Below are positions 29,411 through 38,838 of a stretch of DNA of 53,154 nt, one piece after another. How positions within the stretch are numbered: the stretch's first letter is position 1; every line of letters starts with the position of its first letter. The notes beneath the pieces were generated by a model that saw nothing but the letters and a program-made list of their open reading frames with translations, searched no databases and had not been told where the DNA came from. The DNA comes from an uncultured Acetobacteraceae bacterium (GTDB lineage Bacteria > Pseudomonadota > Alphaproteobacteria > Acetobacterales > Acetobacteraceae): positions 1 through 53,154 of the forward strand of contig CAXUBN010000001.1 of assembly GCA_964249255.1 (NCBI GenBank). The letters run 5' to 3'. The translations under genes and the position numbers were made by a program.

Positions 29411-29662
29411 ATGGAAGACCGTCTCAGAGACATCATTGCGAAGTTTGGACGACTGCCCATCGCGATCAATACCTTGGCACCAGACGATGACCTCTACGAG
29501 GCGGGTCTCAGCTCGCTCGCCAGTGTCAATCTGATGCTTGCGGTTGAGGACGCCTTCGATATCGAGTTTCCGGACCATTTACTGACCCGGCGGACGTTCC
29601 AAAGCATTTCATCCTTGAGCAGCGTTGTGTCCAGTCTCAAGTCGGCTGCGGTTGCGTCTTGA
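29411..29662 (+). CDS. Stand-alone carrier protein, likely cognate of the amino acid:carrier protein ligase
   Basis: DLYEAGLSSLASVNLMLAVEDAFDIEFPD phosphopantetheine-Ser motif. Confidence 0.92.
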   Translation: MEDRLRDIIAKFGRLPIAINTLAPDDDLYEAGLSSLASVNLMLAVEDAFDIEFPDHLLTRRTFQSISSLSSVVSSLKSAAVAS

Positions 29663-30822
29663 AGAGTAGCCGTCCACTGACGGACCGGGCAAACGCGGCC
29701 GCTGCCGTTGCCGCCAGGTACGCCGATGCGGTTGATACTGAAGCTCGTTACCCGCTGGAGGCCATAACCGCCTTGCGGGATCTGAACCTACTCGGCTTGC
29801 TCGTTCCCGAACGCTGCGGCGGCCCAGGTGAATCGTTGGCTGACGTCGCCTTGGTCTGTCGCTCACTTGGCCGTGCATGCGGTTCGACCGCACTTATCTT
29901 TGCCATGCATCAGATCCAGGTCGCATGTGTGATTGCAGGTGGCGGTGAAACGGCTTGGTCGGACGGCTTTCTGAGGCGTCTTGCTCAAAACCAGTTGCTT
30001 CTGGCGTCAGTCACTTCCGAAATTGGCATCGGTGGAAATATTCGCGCCAGTATCTGTGCACCTGACTATGCGGGAAGTCGGCTTACATTGGCGAAGCGGT
30101 CATCGGCCATCTCCTATGGTGATCATGCCGACGCCTTGCTCGTGACGGCGCGGAGGAACATCAATTCTGCCCCTTCGGATCAAGTCATGATTCTTGCTGA
30201 GCGACATGATACGTCGTTGGTTGAGACGGGTCGGTGGGATACGCTCGGAATGCGCGGAACTGGAAGCAAGGCGTTCGACGTGAGCTTGACGGTCTCGTCT
30301 GAACAGCTTCTGCCGATCGCGTTTGGTGATGTTGCTCAGCATACCATGTTGCCAACATCTCACCTACTGTGGGGTGCGGCCTGGTTGGGTATTGCGTCTG
30401 ATGCTGCAGAAAGGGCACGTAACTTTCTTCGACCCCAGGCGCGGGAAGAACAAGGCGCTGCATCTCCTGCTGCGTTACGTTTTGAGAAGGCCGTATCACT
30501 TATAGCTACAATTCAAGATAGACTCGATCTAGTTACCAGCCAGTACGAGCGAAAGCAACAGGACGATCGCGACGGCCTATCGTTGAGCTTTTTAACAGAG
30601 GTTAATGGTCTGAAGATCATGGTATCCGAGGCAGCGCTGGAGGTCGTTCAGCACGCGTTGATGATATGCGGGTTTGCAGGTTATCAGTATGGCACTCCCT
30701 ACAGTATTGGCCGTCATCTACGAGACCTCCAAGCAGCGCCGCTAATGGTCAACAATGATCGTATTTCAAGCAACATCGCAACTATGCTTGTTGCGCAGCG
30801 TTCGTCATTGATAAGGACTTAA
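29659..30822 (+). CDS. Acyl-CoA/acyl-carrier-protein dehydrogenase family flavoprotein
   Basis: CGSTALIFAMH, SVTSE, WDTLGMRGTGS, ICGFAGY, RHLRD. Confidence 0.88.
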   Translation: MKSSRPLTDRANAAAAVAARYADAVDTEARYPLEAITALRDLNLLGLLVPERCGGPGESLADVALVCRSLGRACGSTALIFAMHQIQVACVIAGGGETAWSDGFLRRLAQNQLLLASVTSEIGIGGNIRASICAPDYAGSRLTLAKRSSAISYGDHADALLVTARRNINSAPSDQVMILAERHDTSLVETGRWDTLGMRGTGSKAFDVSLTVSSEQLLPIAFGDVAQHTMLPTSHLLWGAAWLGIASDAAERARNFLRPQAREEQGAASPAALRFEKAVSLIATIQDRLDLVTSQYERKQQDDRDGLSLSFLTEVNGLKIMVSEAALEVVQHALMICGFAGYQYGTPYSIGRHLRDLQAAPLMVNNDRISSNIATMLVAQRSSLIRT

Positions 30823-30824
30823 CA

Positions 30825-31733
30825 ATGCAAAAAGGGACCAGCTTCCGGGACGAGTTGATTGCTCATGGCGTCCTCGTTCCAAGCGGTGTGGATGGAGTTT
30901 ATGGTCGTAACGGGCTCTTTGAATCGATCGTTAACGGGATTGAGCAACTGATTACCCAGGTAGGACAGGACTATGGAGCTGAGGTCATCCGCTTTCCTCC
31001 TGCCATGCCCAAAAGCGTCATGGAAACCAGCGGATACCTGAACGGTTTTCCACATTTAGCCGGCACTATCCACTGTTTCTGTGGTGATGATCGAGCTCAT
31101 GCACGACTACTTGACGATCTAGCGACTGGCAAGAACTGGACAGTAGATCAACAATGCATCGACTTAACTCTTACCCCTGCTGCTTGTTATCCTGTATATC
31201 CCATGGTCGCCGCCAGGGGACAGTTGACGTCTTCAAGGCACATCTTTGATGTCTCATCATACTGTTTTAGACATGAGCCGTCACTTGATCCAGCTCGTAT
31301 GCAGATGTTTCGAATGCGGGAGTTTGTCTGCCTAGGTAGGCCGAAGAATGTTCAACAATTTCGCGATGATTGGCTGGAAGGAGGGCAGCAACTTATCAGA
31401 AAGCTTGAGCTACCGTTCTCTGTCGATTTGGCAAATGATCCATTTTTTGGTCGCGGTGGTACCTTCATGGCTAAGAGCCAACGTGAACAGGCGCTAAAGT
31501 TCGAGCTCTTAGTCCCGATCGTCAATGACGATCGTCCGACAGCCTGTTTAAGCTTTAACTATCACATGGAGCATTTCAGCGAGATCTGGAGGCTGACAAC
31601 TGATGACGGCGCTATGGCGCACACTGCTTGTGTCGGATTTGGTCTTGAGCGCTTGACTTTAGCGTTGTTACGCCGCCATGGTTTTGACTTGCGGTCTTGG
31701 CCCCGCCAAGTGAGAGATGAGTTGTGGCTGTAG
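30825..31733 (+). CDS. Amino acid--[carrier protein] ligase (truncated homolog of methanogen-type SerRS)
   Basis: SGYLNGFPHL, LTPAACYPVYP, CFRHEPS, RMQMFRMREFV, ANDPFFGRGG, LKFELL, SFNYH, TACVGFGLER; lacks a tRNA-binding domain; next to a carrier protein. Confidence 0.92.
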   Translation: MQKGTSFRDELIAHGVLVPSGVDGVYGRNGLFESIVNGIEQLITQVGQDYGAEVIRFPPAMPKSVMETSGYLNGFPHLAGTIHCFCGDDRAHARLLDDLATGKNWTVDQQCIDLTLTPAACYPVYPMVAARGQLTSSRHIFDVSSYCFRHEPSLDPARMQMFRMREFVCLGRPKNVQQFRDDWLEGGQQLIRKLELPFSVDLANDPFFGRGGTFMAKSQREQALKFELLVPIVNDDRPTACLSFNYHMEHFSEIWRLTTDDGAMAHTACVGFGLERLTLALLRRHGFDLRSWPRQVRDELWL

Positions 31734-32686
31734 AGCTCTTTAACGCCAGAGCTTTCAAGCCCCATCGCTTGCACAGCGTCGATCGGTCATGGCCCGAGAC
31801 CAACTGCTATGTCGACTTATGGATCGAGATACTGGCGTCATTGGACATGATGCCAGAAGCATGTTTTGGGTTTGCGATAACGCAAGATTTTGGCGCCGAT
31901 CAGTTTACTTTTCCAAAGCCCCCTCTCCAAGATCTTGAGTTACTTTATGGCCTAAGGATAAGAGAGCTGTCTCTATATGAAAGTCTAGAACATCATGTAG
32001 TGCAGCATCTTCGGTTGACTAACTTAATACTTCTTGAGGTCGATGCATTCTATCTGCCCGACACTTTTGCAACAACTTATCAGCAGGATCATACCAAGAC
32101 GACCATCGCTATAGATTATGTGAATCTAGAGAATCATACTTGCCGCTATTTTCATAATGCAGCCCGCGCAGAACTGTCTGGGAATGATTACATTGGGATA
32201 TTTCAGCTGAATCCTGACTATACCCGTCGTCGCGACATAATGTTTCCCTATCTTGAGGTTGTTGAGCGCCCACCGACTCAGATATCAGATGATAATTTGA
32301 TGCAGGTTGCTACCGAACTCTTGAAGACACATTTCAAACGACGCCCAAAATCCAATCCTTTCGAAACTTGGCGCCGTACCTTTGATCAACATCTAGACTC
32401 CCTTCTTTCTAATCCAAATTCTCTCCATACCTATGCCTTTCACTTTCCAAGACTAGCTGGATCGAATTTTGAAACGTTCTCCAATCATATTGATTGGCTT
32501 TTCCAGGGAGAAGTTGAACAGGCCGTAGCGAGCTGTCAGGCAATTGCACGAGTCACTAAGACGCTTCAATATCGGCTAGCGCGATCAGTTGCTCGGAGAA
32601 AGATGGATCATGCTAATGATTGTTTTGATCTGCTGGAACTTAACTATTCCAAGATAGTTTTTGAGTTAGGACAACAGCTTTCCTGA
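31724..32686 (+). CDS. DUF1839-like protein
   Basis: WPETNCYVDLWIE, DQFTFPKP, EVDAFYLPDT, YQQDHTKTTI, YFHN; family typically found beside aa:CP ligases. Confidence 0.78.
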   Translation: MAVELFNARAFKPHRLHSVDRSWPETNCYVDLWIEILASLDMMPEACFGFAITQDFGADQFTFPKPPLQDLELLYGLRIRELSLYESLEHHVVQHLRLTNLILLEVDAFYLPDTFATTYQQDHTKTTIAIDYVNLENHTCRYFHNAARAELSGNDYIGIFQLNPDYTRRRDIMFPYLEVVERPPTQISDDNLMQVATELLKTHFKRRPKSNPFETWRRTFDQHLDSLLSNPNSLHTYAFHFPRLAGSNFETFSNHIDWLFQGEVEQAVASCQAIARVTKTLQYRLARSVARRKMDHANDCFDLLELNYSKIVFELGQQLS

Positions 32687-32736
32687 CGCTGATGATGAAC
32701 ATCAGCATATTTGATATCAGTTAGAATGCGTGAGAT

Positions 32737-35208
32737 ATGCCTCTTCCGGTCGAGTCCTTCTCTCAGCAGCTTGATTCATCAGCCTTGATGCTACCACAGG
32801 CTCTTGAAGCGGACTGGTCTTTAATCTTGTTGCTGCCAGATGTTGTTCTACATCCCCGTAACCTACCTCAAATAAATGACTGGAGGCCGGCAAAGGCTCC
32901 TGGGAGTGCCTTCGAGGCAATACATGGTAGAGATGTAGACTTGCGTGGTCCTCTTACTCAATTGCATGATTATGACATATGGTATCGTACGTACATCGAC
33001 TTAAAGAAGGAAGACAAGCTCAAGTTTGATGGCTTGGCTGGCCTTGCCGAACTCTGGATTGATGATCAGCTAGTAGCATCAAGTGTAAATATGTACAGAC
33101 AGCTACTGGTGAATGTTCAGAATGACGGAAGGTCAGCAATTGCCATACGCTTCCGATCGCTAAACAAGGCGCTGCAGCAGGTAAAAAGCCGACCAGCGTG
33201 GCGGACAAAGTTAGTCAATTCAAATAATATAAGAATGTATCGGCAGACTTTACTGGGTCATATGCCAGGCTGGTGTCCAAATGTACACGCGGTGGGACCC
33301 TACCGACCTATCTATCATCTTAAGGAAAATAAAGTAATCGAAACGTGCACTATAGAAACCAAAATGCAGGGATGCTATGCAATCCTATCAGTGCAATTGC
33401 AGTTTCTACGCTTGTCCAATCCGGACATTCAGTTAGATGTTCAGGTGAGTAATCATATCATTCCGCTGATACGCTTAGGCGAGAAAAGTTTCGGCGTGAA
33501 GGTGACTCTGGATGATCTGGAACCGTGGTGGCCACACACTCATGGTGATCCCAAACTTTACGATCTTTTACTCAGCGATGGTCATTCTCAAATAGTTCTT
33601 GGAAGAGTAGGGTTTAGGAGTCTCTCAACTCTTAAAGGTAGCAATGGTAATGAATTCCAGATTGAGGTGAACGGTCTATCAATATTTTGTCGTGGTGCCT
33701 GCTGGACCAGCGCTGATTTGGCTGGATTGGATGGTGATAGGTTAACTTACCGCGACTGGTTAGTTCGTGCGATGGATGCCGGTATGAATATGATCCGCAT
33801 TGGCGGGACAATGTTATATGAATCAAAGCATCTACATGATTTGTGTGATGAACTTGGGATGATGGTTTGGCAAGATCTTATGTTTGCTAGTCTCGACTAT
33901 CCAGTAGAAGATCCAGAGTTTAAGGAAGATGTCCTCACAGAAGTTGCGGAACTTCTTAAGCGAACGAGCGCAAGTCCCTCCCTGACAGTGATATGTGGTG
34001 GCTCAGAGATTGCACAGCAAGCTGCCATGTTTGGATTGCCAAGAGATCGACGGAGCATGTATTTCTTCGATACATTATTGGCTGGCTTCATATCAAGTTC
34101 TAGGTCTGACGTAATTTATGTTCCCAACTCACCATGGGGGGGCAATTTACCCTTTTGCACAGATTTCGGGCTAGCACACTATTACGGAGTGGGCGCCTTT
34201 AAAAGGCCGCTGGAGGACGCACGTCGGGCAAATGTGAGTTTTGCGGCAGAATGCCTTGCCTTCGCCAACTTAGGGGATGTCAAGGCGTTGACATGCAGTG
34301 CTCTTCTAGAGACTCCACAAGATCCTGGCACAAGTTGGAATTTTGCTGACACAAGAGATTACTACCTAAAGCAGATTTATGATGCTGATCCAATGCAACT
34401 TAGAAGTGAGGATCCAGCTCGCTATCTATATTTATCACAAGTGACAACATCTGATATCATGGAGTCGGTTTTTTCTGAGTGGCGCAGACCGAAATCGAAT
34501 TGCTCGGGAGGCTTGGTGTGGCAACTACAAGATCTTGCCGCGGGCAATGGATGGGGAGTCATCGACTGCAACGGCCAACCCAAGTCTGTATGGTATGGTC
34601 TCCGTCGCGTCCTCGCACCTATCCAGGTTCTTATATCAGATGAAGGGGGGAATGGCCTTGAGATTCATGTTCTAAATGAAAAGCCTGTAGCACTAACAGC
34701 AATTCTGCATCTGATCTGTATTAATAGGTCCTCGGCTTCGGTAATTAAGTCGGATAAGCTCGTTTCACTCCAGGCTCACAGTGATATGTCTCTATCAAGC
34801 TACAGCCTTTTGGATAACTTCTTCGATATTACGAAGTACTTTAGGTTTGGGCCATCAGAACATGAGGTAACTGTAGCCAAGCTTGTATGTAATGAAACTG
34901 GGAAAACGTTATCTCAGGCTTTTCATTTCCCGTCTCGTCGAACCCTTCCCCTCGAGGATATTGGCCTTGACCTCAAGCTCATGCATAGAGACGATACCTG
35001 GGAACTTCAAATAGAGACGAAACTTTTTGCGCAGTCTATAAAAATTGATGTAGAAGGCTATTGTCCAGAAGATAATTGGTTTCATATGATGCCTCTTGAT
35101 AAGCGCGTCATCAGGCTAATATCGATTAAAGGATCAATGTATTTACCAAGTGTAAGCCTTACAGCATTAAATAGTAGGAAAACATACTTCTTAAAAGGTG
35201 CTTTATGA
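32737..35208 (+). CDS. GH2 beta-mannosidase-like glycoside hydrolase (no signal peptide)
   Basis: FDGLA, PWWPHTHGDPKLY, GFR, IFCRGACW, GMNMIRIGG, CDELGMMVWQDLMFA, CGGSE, HYYG, FAAEC, WQLQD. Confidence 0.85.
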   Translation: MPLPVESFSQQLDSSALMLPQALEADWSLILLLPDVVLHPRNLPQINDWRPAKAPGSAFEAIHGRDVDLRGPLTQLHDYDIWYRTYIDLKKEDKLKFDGLAGLAELWIDDQLVASSVNMYRQLLVNVQNDGRSAIAIRFRSLNKALQQVKSRPAWRTKLVNSNNIRMYRQTLLGHMPGWCPNVHAVGPYRPIYHLKENKVIETCTIETKMQGCYAILSVQLQFLRLSNPDIQLDVQVSNHIIPLIRLGEKSFGVKVTLDDLEPWWPHTHGDPKLYDLLLSDGHSQIVLGRVGFRSLSTLKGSNGNEFQIEVNGLSIFCRGACWTSADLAGLDGDRLTYRDWLVRAMDAGMNMIRIGGTMLYESKHLHDLCDELGMMVWQDLMFASLDYPVEDPEFKEDVLTEVAELLKRTSASPSLTVICGGSEIAQQAAMFGLPRDRRSMYFFDTLLAGFISSSRSDVIYVPNSPWGGNLPFCTDFGLAHYYGVGAFKRPLEDARRANVSFAAECLAFANLGDVKALTCSALLETPQDPGTSWNFADTRDYYLKQIYDADPMQLRSEDPARYLYLSQVTTSDIMESVFSEWRRPKSNCSGGLVWQLQDLAAGNGWGVIDCNGQPKSVWYGLRRVLAPIQVLISDEGGNGLEIHVLNEKPVALTAILHLICINRSSASVIKSDKLVSLQAHSDMSLSSYSLLDNFFDITKYFRFGPSEHEVTVAKLVCNETGKTLSQAFHFPSRRTLPLEDIGLDLKLMHRDDTWELQIETKLFAQSIKIDVEGYCPEDNWFHMMPLDKRVIRLISIKGSMYLPSVSLTALNSRKTYFLKGAL

Positions 35209-36980
35209 TACCGACAGCGTTCGACGGTTGTTTTGGATGGTTTCATCGCGGTTGCGGGGCAACTGGTATCGTATTATGTGCCGCATTTGGTCATGAGAAC
35301 ATGACGGCTCATCATGGCTGGCGAAAGCTTGCTGAGAAGCTGGCTCTAGAAGGTCATCATGTCTTGAGATTTGACTATCTTAGCACTGGTGATTCTATCG
35401 GAGTGGAAGGTGATCCAGGTCAGTTCGAAGCATGGAAGGTAAGCATACTCTCAGCAACACGACATCTGATAAATATATCAGGCAGCAAAAAAATAGTGCT
35501 GATTGGGTTGCGGTTTGGCGCTGCATTGGCATTACTTTTATCCAAAAATATTCCAGAGGTTGTCGGAGTTGGCTGTCTTGCTCCTATTATTGTTGGTAGA
35601 ACTTATATACGTGAGTTACGACTGCGTGCTAACGGCTGGCATGAGGCAAATTTGCATAGTGTGTCCGCCGATAAGACCACGCACCTAGATGTACTTGGAG
35701 AGCGGTTGTCGGAAGAAACGACGCGGATGATCTCAAATGTTGATCTTCGTGTTTTTAAGTCATCGGTTAAGAACATTCTAATAATGTGTGCGCAAGAAGA
35801 GCCTGTTATGTTGACTCTCGTCAATAATTTAAAATTACAAGGGTGTCGAGTAGCAATTGAGAAATTTCGTGGATATGAGAAGTATCTTGAAGACTCTATT
35901 GCTAGCGTTGTTCCTTATGAGTCCTTTGAGAAAGTTATAGCTTGGTGTTGCCAAATTCTTCCGTCTGAAAAACTTTTGGATCAGCCAACCCAAGATAGAA
36001 AGTCATTAATATCTTACGCTATCGATACTGTATCTGATAACTTACATTTCAGAGAAAAAGCTGTCAGCTTCCAGTCTAAAGATAGTATATTTGGGATCTT
36101 ATGTGTACCCTGCCAATTACCTGTTGATGACCGTGCGGTTATCATGCTTAACACGGGCTTTGGCCGTCATACGGGCGACGGCCGCGTTTTTACAACGCTC
36201 GCTCGCCACTTAGCGCAAACGGGTGTCACATCATTACGTATGGATTTCGCGGGATTTGGCGATAGTGAAACTGACAACTGTGAAGTTAATCCTTATGCCT
36301 CTAGATACTCAACTGATGTCCAGGCAGCTATAACATTTATGAGAAACTTAGGCTGTATTAATATAATTCTTGTGGGTATTTGCTCGGGTGCTTTTAATGC
36401 GTTTCATGCTGCTCTTCATGATGATCGCGTGCATGGACTGATTATGGTTAATACTCAGCATTTTGCTTGGAAAACCGGTTCATCGCTGAAGGTGGAGAAC
36501 AAAAGACAACGACGTCCATTAAGTTTTTACACAAAAGCTATCAGTCAGCCTTATGCTTGGCGGCGAATCATTCGAGGCGAAGTAGCAATAGTTTCAATCG
36601 TAATCGCTCTCTGCACAAGGCCGTGGAAAAATATTCTCAATAAAGTCACGCTTTTTCTTGAAAAGGTCACAGGGTTTCAAACCTCAATTGGTCAAGTCAA
36701 TAGGTGGTTTACTGCCCTAACAGGCCGCGGTGTCCAAATAGAGCTTGTGTATAGCGCTAATGATCCAGGGTTGGAAAAGTTATATACTTATTTTGGAAGA
36801 AGAGGAAAGTCTCTTAGTAAGTTCGATGATATAAATCTTAGGGTTATTGAGAATGCAGACCATGCGTTGTTTGACTACTCTGCCCGCTCCCAATTCATCG
36901 AGATGGTAACTCAGTTCATGACGTGTCGGATAGCACAATCACCGGCAACGGATAAATTACGAGGCATAAACCTGACTTAG
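35205..36980 (+). CDS. Tandem two-domain alpha/beta hydrolase
   Basis: Domain 1: RFDYLSTGDS, GLRFGA; domain 2: RMDFAGFGDS, GICSGA, ADHAL. Confidence 0.8.
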   Translation: MIPTAFDGCFGWFHRGCGATGIVLCAAFGHENMTAHHGWRKLAEKLALEGHHVLRFDYLSTGDSIGVEGDPGQFEAWKVSILSATRHLINISGSKKIVLIGLRFGAALALLLSKNIPEVVGVGCLAPIIVGRTYIRELRLRANGWHEANLHSVSADKTTHLDVLGERLSEETTRMISNVDLRVFKSSVKNILIMCAQEEPVMLTLVNNLKLQGCRVAIEKFRGYEKYLEDSIASVVPYESFEKVIAWCCQILPSEKLLDQPTQDRKSLISYAIDTVSDNLHFREKAVSFQSKDSIFGILCVPCQLPVDDRAVIMLNTGFGRHTGDGRVFTTLARHLAQTGVTSLRMDFAGFGDSETDNCEVNPYASRYSTDVQAAITFMRNLGCINIILVGICSGAFNAFHAALHDDRVHGLIMVNTQHFAWKTGSSLKVENKRQRRPLSFYTKAISQPYAWRRIIRGEVAIVSIVIALCTRPWKNILNKVTLFLEKVTGFQTSIGQVNRWFTALTGRGVQIELVYSANDPGLEKLYTYFGRRGKSLSKFDDINLRVIENADHALFDYSARSQFIEMVTQFMTCRIAQSPATDKLRGINLT

Positions 36981-37069
36981 CGATTTACTTATATATATCT
37001 ATGGCTTAGCAATCCTGGAAACGAGTACAATGCGATTGATGGTCTATGTTTAAAGCTTATTGATTAATT

Positions 37070-37783
37070 TACAACGAGAAGATTGCGGTTAGACAAATGG
37101 CCGACATGCAAGTGTGAGCGCAGCGGTCGTGATGCACGACGATTCGTCGCCATCATTAGATCGCGACCGAACATGTTTTCGACCTTGCGGTGCTGACGGT
37201 AGAACGTGCGGCAGCATGGGCGCTGGACCTAGTGGCTCTCGCGCGGTGGGATGCAGAGCTTGAAGCGTCGGACGCGCAGAGCGTTGCAGAAGCCGTCGCT
37301 GTCGTAGCCGTAGTCGCCGATTGAAGTTCAGGCCGCCCTCGGTGCACCCGATCGGCAGGGATCAGCATAGATGTTGACTCCTCCTGGAGCGGGCCGGCGG
37401 CCGTGCGGTGGGCCTTGGGGTGGGTGCTGTCGATCATCAGCCAGTCAGGTTCGCCCGCACGGCCCGCCAGACCGGCGAAGAAGCGGTTGAACATGCTGAG
37501 GCGGCTCCAGCGGAAGTAGCGGCTGGAGAGTTTTTTGTGCGGCCTGTAGGCGACCGGGGCATCAAGCTAGCGCAGGCCGTTGCGGATGGCGTGCAGGATG
37601 TCGCTGATGACGCACTGGTGGTCGGCGCGCGGCATACCACGGAACAATGAGAAGTAGGGCTGGATCCGGCGCAACTGCGCTTGCGACAGCCAGAACAGGT
37701 CACTCATGGCAACACCTCCGATTACCAGGAGACCATGCAACCAGATCAACCGCTAGAACTCGATTAACAGATCCCGAGCCTAG
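37070..37783 (-). mobile_element. Decayed IS5-family (IS427-like) element
   Basis: MSDLFWLSQAQLRRIQPYF..NGLR*..RWSRL..MIDSTH.KAHRTAA, later RKVENMFGR and DRCAHTCMSAICL; internal stop, frameshifts and deletion; CTAG-flanked end near 37780. Confidence 0.85.
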
Positions 37784-37803
37784 GCTCAGAAGCCCTCACA
37801 CGG

Positions 37804-38220
37804 CTTAGAGTGCCTAACAGAACAGGCTGATCTGGCGAAGGCGGACGAGGGCGCAGCCAAGGGCGGTGAAGGCCTGGTAGATGTCGGCCCTGCGTTCGTG
37901 GCGCACGGCAAGGTGGCGGTGGCGGTTCAGCCAGGCGTGGGTGCGTTCGACAACCAAGCGGTAGCGGCCAAGACGCTGGCGGCTCTCGGTGTGCCTCTGG
38001 CGTCGACCGCGATAGGTCGCTCGGTGCCCGGCTTGCCACGGTCGGTCGGGTTTGGCCCCGTGGCAGATCCCCCTTTCTGGGACAGACACGCTGCCTAGCG
38101 CCACCCGGCGCTAGTCGATCTGCCGTACCGCTTGCAAATGCTCCAGGAGCACCCGGTTCAGCGCTATCCAGACCCTGGCCTCATGCCAATCCCACAAACG
38201 TTGCCAATAGCTCATACCCG
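37804..38220 (-). mobile_element. Second decayed IS5-family transposase fragment
   Basis: LGRYRLVVERTHAWLNRHRHLAVRHERRADIYQAF C-terminal motif; upstream WQRLWDWHEARVW..VLLEHL..QID* fragment; the middle of the DDE region appears deleted. Confidence 0.85.
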
Positions 38221-38699
38221 CAGCGGACATGGGCTAGTGGCATCGACGACATTGGTAGACTAGTAATTTAAAAAATATAGATATGTTTATACAGTTAGTT
38301 TATGATATTCCCATATTGTTACTGTATGTTTTAATATACTGATATAGTCATTAACACTTATATAATAATTCTTATAGTATTGAGCATCGAGTGACCGTTT
38401 GAGCACCTGCTTTCGCAGTTCTTCCATTTAGTAAAGTAACTCTATATTAACAATTTCACAATCGACTGTCAGTCGACTAGTGACAGCTCACTGATTGCTA
38501 CCATCTTGATGTAGTCAGCATCACAGTCTATCAGCCGAGTTAACATGACCACAATCGGCCACTACTTCCCTTAACGATGGCCAAGATTGTCATTTTCTTT
38601 ACTTACTAATGCAGAAATAGCTCGACCTGACTATCGCCGAGTTTTTCAAACTATCAGGTCGGAAGACAGTCAGAGCAGTCTAACAGACACCCTAACCTT

Positions 38700-38714
38700 T
38701 TAATGATGTGTTAA
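38700..38714. promoter_or_regulatory. TTAA-N7-TTAA (CtrA-box-like) site upstream of the priming glycosyltransferase
   Basis: TTAA TGATGTG TTAA, about 125 bp upstream of 38839. Confidence 0.35.
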
Positions 38715-38838
38715 GCCGAACCATGTCCCGAAGTGGCATGACGTGCGTTCACTCAAGTGAACCAGATCCTGATCATAATTTATTAAGATTGGATCAGTTA
38801 TGTGGTGACCTCTGTTTTTAGCACGTCTGGAACGTAGT

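Noticed and set aside
30825-31733. Housekeeping seryl-tRNA synthetase
   Set aside because: Only 302 aa, no tRNA-binding domain, and sits next to a carrier protein; fits an aa:CP ligase
1951-37569. Amber recoding, suggested by TAG at probable Trp codons in the VOC gene (2035) and IS relic (37567)
   Set aside because: TAG is the normal stop of intact genes here (SDR at 1159, GNAT at 5881, AKR at 23231); TGG-to-TAG is a common transition and the IS is otherwise decayed
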